Positions 28,547 through 38,148 of a stretch of DNA of 64,000 nt are shown here, in pieces. Both the position numbers and the translations under genes were made by a program. Source of the DNA: Candidatus Omnitrophota bacterium (GTDB taxonomy: Bacteria > Omnitrophota > Gorgyraeia > Zapsychrales > JBDRMG01); assembly GCA_043812495.1 (NCBI GenBank), contig JBDRMG010000008.1, forward strand, positions 1,516 through 65,515, in the 5' to 3' direction. The notes below the pieces were generated by a model, which saw only the letters and a list, made by a program, of their open reading frames with translations, was not told the DNA's origin and made no database searches. Numbering within the stretch: position 1 is the first letter of the stretch; each line of letters opens with the position of its first letter.

Positions 28547-28700
28547 AGCCCCAAGGGAATTTCTATCGATGGGGCTCACCCTGAGCAAGCCCAAAGGGCG
28601 AGCCGAAGGGTCTCTTACTAGGGATCCTTCGACTCCGCTCCGACTAGGGTCGGAGCTTCGCTCAGGATTTCGGGGTCGAAACACCACGACCCCTCAAATA
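28547..28700 (+). other. GC-rich multi-hairpin intergenic segment (candidate structured leader or ncRNA)
   Basis: Nested stems: GAGCCCC/GGGGCTC; CCTGAGCAAGC/GCTTCGCTCAGG; CCGAC-tag-GGTCGG; GGGGTCG/CGACCCC. Local GC is much higher than in the flanks. Confidence 0.4.
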
Positions 28701-28701
28701 A

Positions 28702-31380
28702 ATGATCTATTTGTTATCTAATAAAGGGACGAAAACAAAGTACCAAGCCAAGAAGCGCAAGGTCAAGGATTCGCGCGTTGATGCGTTCGACGACACCCAA
28801 ATCCCGCCCTTTAGGGCGGGGAAACGGGCGCCGCTCAGCATCAACCCTGAGCAAATCCCGGCCTTTAGGCCGGGGTGCGTCGAACGGGTTGATTACTCCA
28901 AGGTGATTGTCAAAAAACCCTGGGGCTATGAGTATTTGGTTTTTCAAAATGATTATGTGGCGATATGGATGCTGCAAATTATTCCGCAGCGTCGAACATC
29001 CATGCACTGCCACCCAGCCAAAAAGACCGGCCTCATTGTGTTATCCGGAAAAGCCAAACTCCATCATGTGGACGGCGCCCTTGAGCTCGACACCCTAGAT
29101 GGCGTCATGATCGACCCCGGAGTATTTCATTGCACCGAGGCCTTCAATCCTTATCCTTTAACACCTCAATCGGAAAACGGGATCTGGGTTATGGAAATTG
29201 AATCACCACCCATGAAAAGCGATTTGATCCGCCTGGACGATGCTTATGGCCGCAAAAATGAATCCTACGAAGGCCAAAAACATATGGTGCATGAACCGGC
29301 CAAGCGGCTTGAGTTTTCTGTTCCATCAAAGACAAAAATTAGCCATAAGAAATTTTTTAATTGTGATTTCAGTATTCGCCAAGGGTCCTTTAAGACAGAG
29401 CGTCCGCGCGACCATGCCCTTATTTCTGTGATCGGGAAAAATGCACGCGCCAAAAGCAATAATCCTTACTTAAAAATCGGCGCTTTAACAACATTCAAGG
29501 AGTTTGAGAATAAGACACGCCAGGAGGATTTAGGTTCTTATACTTTTCTTGTGATCGAAAGAAAAGAGCAGGTGATGAAGGTTGCGGATTATGTTTTTTC
29601 ATCCATCGCCGAGCTTGGCATCAAACAGGTTTTTGCTGTTTCAGGCGGGGGCGCGATGCATCTTGTGGATTCGCTCGGCCGCCATCCCAAATTGGAATAT
29701 ATTGCAACCTATCATGAGCAAGCGGCCGCGATGGCGGCTGAAGCTTACGCTCGCCTGTCTGATACACCAGGGGCTGCACTTGTGACATCAGGCCCCGGCG
29801 GAACAAATACCATCACCGGTGTTTGTGGGGCGTGGATTGATTCGATCCCTACGATTTTTATCTCGGGGCAGGTGACAACAGATACGCTTTTGCGGAAAAT
29901 GGGCCTGCGTCAATTCGGCATCCAGGAGGCGGATATTGTCAGTCTTGTAAAGCCAATCACAAAATATGCCGTAACGGTGACCGATCCAAAAACAATTAAA
30001 TATCATGTGCAAAAAGCTATTCATCTGGCGACGAGCGGCCGGCCCGGTCCGGTGTGGTTAGATATTCCGCTTGATGTGCAAAGTAAACTCCTTAACATTG
30101 ATGAACTGAAATCCTTTACGCCAAAGAAAGACACGCTGTCTTTGCAAGGCAAACAACTCAAAAAAGAAACCGCCAAAGCGCTGGCCCTTTTGAAAAAAGC
30201 CAAGCGGCCCGTTCTTATTAGCGGCTACGGTGTCCGCCTGGCTAAGGCAACAAATGAATTTCAAAAGCTTTTGACATTACTCAATATTCCCCTTGTGTCA
30301 TCGTGGACGTCGAGCGATCTTGTAGATACAAAACATCGGCTTTATGTGGGTCGAGGCGGCATTATGGGTGAGAGAGCCGCGAATTTTGCCGTGCAGAATG
30401 CCGATGTGCTTTTGATTATTGGCTCAAGGATGTCCATTCCTCAAGTAGGCTATAATTATCGCGCCTTTGCCCGCGAAGCCAAAAAGATTGTTGTGGATAT
30501 CGACAGTGTTGAATTAAAAAAGAAATCTCTGAAACCCGATCTTGCGATTCGTACCGATGCCAAAGATTTTATTGCGGAGTTAACACGTCAGTTTCAAAGT
30601 ACGCGCGTAAAACTTGGAAACAACCAATGGCGCGCAAAATGCCAAGGATGGAAAAAACGCTATCCGGTCGTTTTACCGGAGTATCGACAAAATAAAAAAG
30701 GTGTGAACTCATTTTATTTTATCGATGTCCTTTCGAAAAAATTAAAAAAGGACGCCATTGTGGTCACCGACATGGGAACAAGTTTTACCTGCACCATGCA
30801 GACCTTTAAGGTGAAAAAGGGCCAGCGTCTTTTTACCTCAAGCGGACACGCCTCCATGGGATTCGGACTTCCCGGGGCGATCGGGGCTTGCTTCGGCAGC
30901 GGTCGAAAAAAGGTCATTTGCGTGAGCGGAGACGGCGGTTTACAGATGAATATTCAGGAATTACAAACCCTTATTCATTATCGCCTGCCCGTCATTTTAT
31001 TCGTCTTGAACAACCAAGGATATCTGACGATCAAGCTGATGCAGCAAAATCATTTTGGGCGATATGTGGGTTCGGATGCCGGAAGCGGTGTGAGTTTTCC
31101 TGATATCGTCAAAGTGGCGCGGGCCTATGGTATCCGTGCGACAAAGATCAGTAATCAAAAACAATTACGCGGAAAGATCGACAGAATATTGGCCGAACGC
31201 GGACCGTTTGTCTGCGAAATTGTTATGCCCGAAGATCAACCGTTGATTCCAAGGGTCTCATCGCTCAAGAAACCAGACGGCACGATTATCTCACGGCCCC
31301 TGGAGGATCTCTACCCGTTTTTGAGCCGCGAAGAATTTGCGAAAAATATGATAGTCAAACCTTTTGAACCACTCAAATGA
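28702..31380 (+). CDS. Fusion protein: N-terminal cupin domain and C-terminal thiamine-diphosphate-dependent enzyme (acetolactate-synthase/YerE-like fold)
   Basis: Cupin core (WGYEYLVF...MHCHP...GLIVLSGKAKL). TPP-enzyme N-terminal domain (VFAVSGGGAMHLVDSL). TPP-binding GDGG...NN motif (VSGDGGLQMNIQELQT...VLNNQGY). The real start is probably near 28880, not 28702. Confidence 0.7.
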   Translation: MIYLLSNKGTKTKYQAKKRKVKDSRVDAFDDTQIPPFRAGKRAPLSINPEQIPAFRPGCVERVDYSKVIVKKPWGYEYLVFQNDYVAIWMLQIIPQRRTSMHCHPAKKTGLIVLSGKAKLHHVDGALELDTLDGVMIDPGVFHCTEAFNPYPLTPQSENGIWVMEIESPPMKSDLIRLDDAYGRKNESYEGQKHMVHEPAKRLEFSVPSKTKISHKKFFNCDFSIRQGSFKTERPRDHALISVIGKNARAKSNNPYLKIGALTTFKEFENKTRQEDLGSYTFLVIERKEQVMKVADYVFSSIAELGIKQVFAVSGGGAMHLVDSLGRHPKLEYIATYHEQAAAMAAEAYARLSDTPGAALVTSGPGGTNTITGVCGAWIDSIPTIFISGQVTTDTLLRKMGLRQFGIQEADIVSLVKPITKYAVTVTDPKTIKYHVQKAIHLATSGRPGPVWLDIPLDVQSKLLNIDELKSFTPKKDTLSLQGKQLKKETAKALALLKKAKRPVLISGYGVRLAKATNEFQKLLTLLNIPLVSSWTSSDLVDTKHRLYVGRGGIMGERAANFAVQNADVLLIIGSRMSIPQVGYNYRAFAREAKKIVVDIDSVELKKKSLKPDLAIRTDAKDFIAELTRQFQSTRVKLGNNQWRAKCQGWKKRYPVVLPEYRQNKKGVNSFYFIDVLSKKLKKDAIVVTDMGTSFTCTMQTFKVKKGQRLFTSSGHASMGFGLPGAIGACFGSGRKKVICVSGDGGLQMNIQELQTLIHYRLPVILFVLNNQGYLTIKLMQQNHFGRYVGSDAGSGVSFPDIVKVARAYGIRATKISNQKQLRGKIDRILAERGPFVCEIVMPEDQPLIPRVSSLKKPDGTIISRPLEDLYPFLSREEFAKNMIVKPFEPLK
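28797..28875 (+). repeat. Two tandem 24 nt hairpin repeats CAAATCCCG(C/G)CCTTTAGG(G/C)CGGGG separated by 30 nt, upstream of the cupin domain
   Basis: Read directly. They lie inside the annotated 5' extension of the 28702 ORF and are probably leader sequence rather than coding. Confidence 0.6.
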
Positions 31381-32945
31381 GACACTCTATGAAATATAAG
31401 AAACGAAAATTCGATAGTGTTTGTTTGGTGATGAACTTAAAGTCGGACCAGGTCGCGATTGCCAAAGAAGATATTGCGTCCGGCAGCATTCTTATTCATG
31501 AGGGCCGGACCGTCAAAATAAAAAAAGATATTAAAAAGGGCCATCGCTTGGCTATGAAAGAAATTCCCAAAGGAGAGTATGTACGGCAATACGGCCATCC
31601 TTTTGGATGCTCCAAGGGTATTCAAAGCGGAGAGCCCATTACGATTGCGAATATCAAAAACGTTTTGCCGAGACAAAATCTAAAGGATTTTAAGAAACCC
31701 GCACAAACACGATACCAAAAGGATCTTGTGAAAAAGGCCTTTGCGGGGTATGTAAGAAAAAACGGTGCGGTTGGAACACGCAATTATTATTTGATTGTTC
31801 CCACGTCAATGTGCGCGAGTGAAACAGCGCTTCAAGTGGCGCTCACGTTACAGGCGGATAAGCGAATTTCAAAAAAGCATTCCTCGTTTGACGGAATTGT
31901 GGCGATTCCTCATACAGAAGGGTGCGGGTGCGATTCAGGGTTGTCGATCGAGAGGCTCCTGCGTGTTCTCAAAACTTATATCGCGCATCCCAATGTCGGC
32001 GGTTGTCTCATCATGGATTTGGGATGCGAGCAGACCAATTATGAAAAGGTTCACCCTTACCTTAAAAAACTTGTTAGCCAAAAGATCAAGCCGATTGATT
32101 GGGTCAGTATTGAGGAGTCCGGCGGGATTACGGCCGCGCGAAAAAAAGCCGAAACGCTTATTCGAAAACGTCTCCCCCAGGTTATACGACAAAAGCGCCA
32201 GGCGTGTTCTCTCGGAAAATTAATTGTCGGAACCGAATGCGGCGCCTCCGATACGTTTTCCGGAATCACGGCCAATCCCCTGATTGGGTATGCGGTCGAT
32301 CAAATCATATACGCCAAAGGCTCAGCCATTCTCTCGGAGATTCCGGAAATGGTGGGAACGTTTGACATGTTATGGCCGCGCTTTCGCAGCCTGAAAGCGG
32401 CGCGTAAATTTCAGAAGATCATGAGTTGGTATGTGACATTGGCCAAAAAGCTGGGAACAACACTTGAGGCCAATTTGGTCCCCAAAAATGTCGAAGTAGG
32501 GCTCATCAATAATTATATCAAAAGTTTGGGAGCCGTGATCAAAGGAGGCACAACGGTTATAGAAGATGTTCTTGAGTATGCAGAACCCCTAACGAAACGA
32601 GGCCTTCATATTATGCAAGGTCCGGGCAATGACCTTGAATCCGTTACGGGAATCGTTGCTTCGGGGGCTAACCTCGTATGTTTCTCGACCGGCCAAGGGA
32701 CACCGACCGGTAGCGCGATTTGTCCTGTCATCAAAATTGCATCGACGAATTCTATTTTTAAAAAACTTTCCAAGGATATTGATTTCAATGCAGGTCAATT
32801 GCTTCAAACAAAACCAAATTTGGAAACTTTAGGGTGCGAGTTGCTTTCTTTGATGATTAAAGTCGCCTCCGGTCAGAAGACATGCAGTGAAAAATTAGGA
32901 CAACGACAATTTCAAATATGGACAGCCGGCAAGTTGCCGCTGTAA
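31377..32945 (+). CDS. SAF-domain sugar-acid dehydratase family protein (UxaA/GarD-like)
   Basis: N-terminal SAF-like beta-clip (DQVAIAKEDIASGSIL...GHRLAMKEI). C-terminal dehydratase-like domain. The exact substrate cannot be assigned. Confidence 0.55.
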   Translation: MRHSMKYKKRKFDSVCLVMNLKSDQVAIAKEDIASGSILIHEGRTVKIKKDIKKGHRLAMKEIPKGEYVRQYGHPFGCSKGIQSGEPITIANIKNVLPRQNLKDFKKPAQTRYQKDLVKKAFAGYVRKNGAVGTRNYYLIVPTSMCASETALQVALTLQADKRISKKHSSFDGIVAIPHTEGCGCDSGLSIERLLRVLKTYIAHPNVGGCLIMDLGCEQTNYEKVHPYLKKLVSQKIKPIDWVSIEESGGITAARKKAETLIRKRLPQVIRQKRQACSLGKLIVGTECGASDTFSGITANPLIGYAVDQIIYAKGSAILSEIPEMVGTFDMLWPRFRSLKAARKFQKIMSWYVTLAKKLGTTLEANLVPKNVEVGLINNYIKSLGAVIKGGTTVIEDVLEYAEPLTKRGLHIMQGPGNDLESVTGIVASGANLVCFSTGQGTPTGSAICPVIKIASTNSIFKKLSKDIDFNAGQLLQTKPNLETLGCELLSLMIKVASGQKTCSEKLGQRQFQIWTAGKLPL

Positions 32946-33047
32946 CGGAAGAAGGAATCAATACAAAGGTCATCACTCCTCTGAGCTTCTCAAATTGAAT
33001 CATCTTTTCAGAGAGAGTTCACCAAACTTAAAATACCTTTTCTATTC

Positions 33048-34457
33048 ATGAAAATATTGTTCACGAACTCACCTTTACATTTCAGCCACGGACATACGTT
33101 TACTCAACCGGATTGGCAAACCCTCGTCTTGCCGCTTTTAGCGGCGATTGCCGGTGATGAACATGAAATCAAACTTTTTGATAACAACGCATTATTTTTT
33201 GAATCCAACAGAATTCTCTGTGAAATAAAAGAGATGTGTCCTGATGTTGTCGGATTTAGTATCATTGCGGCCAGAGATGTATTCAATACCCTCCAAATCA
33301 TCCAAGAGGTTCGCAAAGAGTATCCAGAATTAAAACTCATTGCAGGCGGACAAGCCGCAACATTTTACGGTCGATTGTTGCTTGAGAGCGGAATTGATTT
33401 TGTAGTTCACGGTGAAGGAGAGATAACGCTCAAAGAACTCATTGGGGCCATTTCTGAGAATGCGCCTGATTATTCAGGGATCCAGGGGATTTCTTATTGT
33501 CGTGAAGGAAATGTTTATAAGACCGCGGATCGTTCCAAGATCAAAAATCTTGATGATTCTCCTTTTCCGGCTATCCATCTGATGCCGCTTCGAAAGTCAA
33601 AATGGTTTCCCGGACGCTTTACCGGTTCAATTGAGACATCACGTGGGTGTCCGTTTGATTGCAATTTTTGCGCCATTACGTCCTTTTGGGACAGAACGTT
33701 CCGCGAAAAATCAAATGAGCGCATTCTCGATGAGATGAAATTTCTTGTTGAAAGCGGACGGTCTCATTTTTATATGGCGGATGATAACTTCGGGATGAAC
33801 ATCAAAAAGCATATTGATCTCTTTGAAAGGATTTTGAAAGAGGGCCTCGATATCCGATTCTTTGCGCAGATGAGAACCGATACTATCGGCCTGCATCCCG
33901 ACATGGTTTCGATCGCGGCCCGGGCAGGGCTATATGGTGCGTTAATCGGTTTTGACACCTATGATCCGGAGACATTTCACCATGTGACAAAAGCAGGAAG
34001 CGTTGAATTAAATATACAGTGCGCAGAGGTGATGAGGAAAAACAAGATCATGATTTTTGGTTCGCATATTTACGGTCTTCCGACGCAGAAAAAACCGCTC
34101 GATTTTGCAAAGACATTTTGGATGGGGCGCAGAAACTCAGATTTGTTTCGCATGCCGCGATTTTCTTTGCTTCCCGGAACAAAAGCGTATGGTCAGATGA
34201 TCACTCAAGAGATGATTGACAGCAAAACCGGCAGCGGAGATTTTAGGTTATTTATTCGACCCGCAAAAGAACAAAAGAAATTTCAGCGCTGGTATGCGCT
34301 CTTTAATTTCCTGAATATATTCCTTCCGGATGAGATTCTCAAAGCCTTTTTTCATCCGAATCGCAATATCAGAAAAATAAAACAGTATGGATATATCAGC
34401 ATTGTGCGGCATAATTTTTATCGGATGTTAAGAACGCTGTGTTTATGCGATATTTAA
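33048..34457 (+). CDS. Cobalamin-binding radical SAM protein (class B, COG1032-like)
   Basis: N-terminal B12-binding Rossmann-like segment. SRGCPFDCNFCAI Cx3Cx2C motif. Confidence 0.75.
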   Translation: MKILFTNSPLHFSHGHTFTQPDWQTLVLPLLAAIAGDEHEIKLFDNNALFFESNRILCEIKEMCPDVVGFSIIAARDVFNTLQIIQEVRKEYPELKLIAGGQAATFYGRLLLESGIDFVVHGEGEITLKELIGAISENAPDYSGIQGISYCREGNVYKTADRSKIKNLDDSPFPAIHLMPLRKSKWFPGRFTGSIETSRGCPFDCNFCAITSFWDRTFREKSNERILDEMKFLVESGRSHFYMADDNFGMNIKKHIDLFERILKEGLDIRFFAQMRTDTIGLHPDMVSIAARAGLYGALIGFDTYDPETFHHVTKAGSVELNIQCAEVMRKNKIMIFGSHIYGLPTQKKPLDFAKTFWMGRRNSDLFRMPRFSLLPGTKAYGQMITQEMIDSKTGSGDFRLFIRPAKEQKKFQRWYALFNFLNIFLPDEILKAFFHPNRNIRKIKQYGYISIVRHNFYRMLRTLCLCDI

Positions 34458-34472
34458 TAAACGGAGAAATCA

Positions 34473-35771
34473 ATGGCACAAAAGAAATCAAAAGCCCCTA
34501 CGCATAAAAAGGGAAAGATCGTCAAAATTCCTCAAAAGATGAAAACCCTCAAGCACGGCGGGCATGTTCTTCGTACAGGCAAACAAATTGTTGACCGCGC
34601 CAAGCTTAATCAAATCAAAGCTAAGTCGAAAACAAGCGCCAAGCAGCCCAACCAATATACGGGCCATACATTTCTCAATAAACCTTTACGATTCCGTTTG
34701 GACAGCCATAAGTTGTTGCATCATCTGGATCGGGTGCTCGCCTGGCAGCGTGGCGAACGGATTACTCCGATCCATATCGACATGGGATTGACAAAATTCT
34801 GTAACGTCGGTTGCATATACTGTATCGGCGTTACGCAGATTATGACTAAAGGAGAGCTGATCGCACGTGAGGCTTTGCTTCGATTAATCGATGATTGCGC
34901 GCGCCTTGGGGTGCGCAGCCTTGCCTTTATCGGCGACGGTGAGCCAACGCTGAACCCCGCTATGTATGATGCCGTTGTGCGCGCAAAGAGTTTAGGGATC
35001 GATGTCGGCATGGCCACCAATGGCATTCTCATCAAAATGGACCGTGCGCACGATCTTTTACGCGATTTGACGTTCTTGCGGATTAATTTAAGCGCGGCTG
35101 AACCCAAGAGTTTTGAAAGAATTCATCAAGCGCCGGGCCGGCAGCTCGACCTTCTGATGGACAAGCTAAAGGCCATGGTGAAAATACGCAAAGAAAACGG
35201 ATACACCTGCACTCTTGGGATTCAGATGGTCTTAATACCGGAAAATTTTGATCAGATCATTAAGCTCACCGAGCTCGGCCGGGACATCGGTGTTGATTAT
35301 TTTCAGATTAAACAATGCTCCGATACGGAATATAAAGAAATCGGCGTTGATTACGGCCAATATCGTAAGGCCGAAAAAGATCTTAAAAGAGCCGAACAGC
35401 TAAGCACAGACAGTTATTTTGTTCAGGTCAAATGGAACAAAATTAACATTGCAGGTGAGACAAATGTGTATAAAGGCGGAATACGCAAATACGATATCTG
35501 CTATGGCACGCCGTTTCTCGGTCAAATCAGCGGGAACGGAAAAGTTTATCCATGTGGCCCATTTTTCTCAAAGGAACGTTTCTTAATGGGCGATATTCAC
35601 AAACAGTCTTATTATGATATCGTCAAAAGCGATCGCTATTGGCAAGTGCACCAGGATATCATCGACAACGTTGACGTTCACTGCGACTGCACCGTGGGAT
35701 GCCGGCAGGACTATATCAATAAATTTTTGTGGGATATTAAAAATCCTCCACAACATGTCAATTTCATTTAG
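34473..35771 (+). CDS. Radical SAM enzyme with C-terminal auxiliary-cluster domain and Lys-rich N-terminal extension; paralog of 26761-27828
   Basis: CNVGCIYC. C-terminal CDCTVGC. Shared motifs DSHKL.HH..RV..W and KNPPQHVNFI. Confidence 0.75.
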   Translation: MAQKKSKAPTHKKGKIVKIPQKMKTLKHGGHVLRTGKQIVDRAKLNQIKAKSKTSAKQPNQYTGHTFLNKPLRFRLDSHKLLHHLDRVLAWQRGERITPIHIDMGLTKFCNVGCIYCIGVTQIMTKGELIAREALLRLIDDCARLGVRSLAFIGDGEPTLNPAMYDAVVRAKSLGIDVGMATNGILIKMDRAHDLLRDLTFLRINLSAAEPKSFERIHQAPGRQLDLLMDKLKAMVKIRKENGYTCTLGIQMVLIPENFDQIIKLTELGRDIGVDYFQIKQCSDTEYKEIGVDYGQYRKAEKDLKRAEQLSTDSYFVQVKWNKINIAGETNVYKGGIRKYDICYGTPFLGQISGNGKVYPCGPFFSKERFLMGDIHKQSYYDIVKSDRYWQVHQDIIDNVDVHCDCTVGCRQDYINKFLWDIKNPPQHVNFI

Positions 35772-35780
35772 CGCACAATA

Positions 35781-37361
35781 ATGGTTTACCGGAACCTAGA
35801 TAATATCCAAACCACAGTTCGCACACCAAAAGTTCTTCTTTTAAATCCACCTGACGATGAGCATTCCTATAAGTTGTTTCGTGCATCGTTTCCGCTAGGA
35901 TTATGTTACCTGGGTACCTATCTTAAAAAAGAGAAATATCAGGTAAAGATTGTTGATGCGAAGGTAGGAAACATTAAGAGAGTCCCATTAGAAAAAGAAG
36001 GAATGGTTAGGGTTGGACTTTCCTTAAATGAGATAGAAAATATTATTAATGATTTTTCACCAGATGTTCTTGGCCTTTCCTGTATTTTTCACACAAATTT
36101 TAATCCTACTTTAGATATCGCGAAATTGGCAAAAACCAAATGCCATATTCCTTATGTTGTAGCAGGAGGGAGCTATGCCTCGGTGGTTCCAAAGAAGATC
36201 ATGGAGTCTCCCTATATTGATTATTTAGTTCTTGGAGAAGGGGAGGTAACATTTGAGAAATTATTACAAAAGTTGTTTAATCCCACAGGCAATCAAGAGT
36301 TGGGCGATTTAGATGGAGTCGTATTGAGGGATAACGACGGCAAAGTTTGTGTAAAAAATAGGACTGAATACATCTCTTCAGATGAGTTTTTTACCCCCAA
36401 TAGAGATTTTCTCCCAGTTGAAAAGTATATAAAGTTTCGAAGCCCTCACAATATCTTATCCCGAGGGCATCGGGCGTTAGAAGTTATCACTTCACGAGGG
36501 TGTAATGCGCGTTGCACATTTTGTTCAGCCCCGTTGTTATGGGGTAAATTCAGAATGAGAAGCGTAAAGGGTATTATCGATGAATTGAAATTTCTCAAAG
36601 AGAAGTACCATATTGATGAGGTTCAGTTCATTGATGATAATCTGACCTTCGATAAAAAAAGAGCGGAAGATCTCTTCCAGCGTATGATAGATGACAAATT
36701 GAACCTTAAGTGGTGCGCTCCCAATGGCATTGCGATACATACTCTCGATGAAAATTTGATACGCTTAATGAAAGAAAGCGGCTGTTATTTGGTTACATTG
36801 GCCATTGAAAGTGGGAGTCAACGCGTACTGACTGAATTAATAAAGAAGCCTTTGTTGTTGGAGAAGGTACACGCAACAGTTAAGCTGTTAAAGAAATACA
36901 AGCTCGCCGCAGAAGCTTTCTTTGTTATCGGAATGCCAGGGGAGACATTTGAAGAGATTAAAAAAACATTTGATCTTGCATTTAAGCTGGGTATATTCAG
37001 GGCACACTTCAGCTATATTACTCCTATTCCGTCGACACCAGTTTACAAGACATATCTAGAACTGAAAAGGCATAATGCATCTGATAGCAGCACTACTGAT
37101 CTTATTGATGAAAGCTGTTTCGATTTTAGATTTCCTGCGATATCAACGAAAGAATGGACTAACAAGCAGCTTAAAAGATATACTTCTATTCTGTCATTTA
37201 AATTTTATTTGAAATTCTTAATTTTAAAACCGCATATTTTTATTAAAGAAGTCAGCCTTATTATTAGCCGTCCAAAGCTCCTTTTGGGATTAATGGTTAT
37301 TTTTAAGGATGTTATTTTAGGAAATCTATTATCTAAAGAAAAGGTCACTGTCAATGAATAA
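35781..37361 (+). CDS. Cobalamin-binding radical SAM protein (class B)
   Basis: B12-binding N-terminal domain. SRGCNARCTFCSA motif. Confidence 0.75.
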   Translation: MVYRNLDNIQTTVRTPKVLLLNPPDDEHSYKLFRASFPLGLCYLGTYLKKEKYQVKIVDAKVGNIKRVPLEKEGMVRVGLSLNEIENIINDFSPDVLGLSCIFHTNFNPTLDIAKLAKTKCHIPYVVAGGSYASVVPKKIMESPYIDYLVLGEGEVTFEKLLQKLFNPTGNQELGDLDGVVLRDNDGKVCVKNRTEYISSDEFFTPNRDFLPVEKYIKFRSPHNILSRGHRALEVITSRGCNARCTFCSAPLLWGKFRMRSVKGIIDELKFLKEKYHIDEVQFIDDNLTFDKKRAEDLFQRMIDDKLNLKWCAPNGIAIHTLDENLIRLMKESGCYLVTLAIESGSQRVLTELIKKPLLLEKVHATVKLLKKYKLAAEAFFVIGMPGETFEEIKKTFDLAFKLGIFRAHFSYITPIPSTPVYKTYLELKRHNASDSSTTDLIDESCFDFRFPAISTKEWTNKQLKRYTSILSFKFYLKFLILKPHIFIKEVSLIISRPKLLLGLMVIFKDVILGNLLSKEKVTVNE

Positions 37362-38148
37362 TACAAACATAAAAGTTTCCGTCATTACGCCAGCTTTGAA
37401 TGAAGAAAAGAATATTAGATTTACGATTGATCGCATTCTGGATGTTTTTGAAAGATGCAATATTTCTGGTGAGATCATTGTCGTCAATGATGGCAGTACG
37501 GATAGGACAGAGGAGCTGGTGGAGGATTTTATCCAAAGCGACTCCCGGGTCAAGGTACTCAAACACGAAACACCGCAAGGCATGGGGGCCTCCTTCTGGG
37601 ATGGCTTCGACCATGCTAAGGGTGAAATCATTGTCGTGATTCCCGGCGATAACGAGAATGATCCGTGGGAAATCCTGCGGTATTACTCTTTGTTAGAGCA
37701 TGTCGATATCGTTATTCCCTTTATTTTTAATCGTGAAGTGAGGCCTTTTTTGCGCAACATCCTTTCTTTGCTTTTTCGCTTGATTATCAATTCAACTTTT
37801 GTTGTCAATTTTAATTACACGAATGGGACAATACTTTACCGGAAGGATATTATTCAGGATGTAAAGTATCGAAGCAGCAGCTTTTTCTTTCAGACAGACA
37901 TTTTGATACGACTTGTTAAAAAAGGATATTTATTTGCCGAAGTTCCCTTTCGTTTAGACATCAGAGAGCAAGGCCGCTCAAAGGCTGTTTCTTTTCCTTC
38001 TCTGTTGCAGGTGATGAAGGGGTATTTTCGCTTAATCCGCGATCTTTATTTTGCCAAAGAAAGTAAGATTAAGGTACGTTTCTCACAAAAATCTGCAACA
38101 GCCAAAAGGCGACAAAATAATTTGATCCAACAGAATCGTAATCAATGA
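37354..38148 (+). CDS. Family 2 glycosyltransferase
   Basis: VSVITPALNEEKNI...VVNDGSTDRTEEL...D-x-D-like GDNEND region. Confidence 0.8.
   Translation: MNNTNIKVSVITPALNEEKNIRFTIDRILDVFERCNISGEIIVVNDGSTDRTEELVEDFIQSDSRVKVLKHETPQGMGASFWDGFDHAKGEIIVVIPGDNENDPWEILRYYSLLEHVDIVIPFIFNREVRPFLRNILSLLFRLIINSTFVVNFNYTNGTILYRKDIIQDVKYRSSSFFFQTDILIRLVKKGYLFAEVPFRLDIREQGRSKAVSFPSLLQVMKGYFRLIRDLYFAKESKIKVRFSQKSATAKRRQNNLIQQNRNQ

Noticed and set aside
28106-28687. 193 aa minus-strand ORF over the DJ-1 gene and the structured intergenic region
   Set aside because: Antisense to the DJ-1/PfpI gene (AAICHGPW). It extends through the GC-rich hairpins, whose composition keeps frames open.
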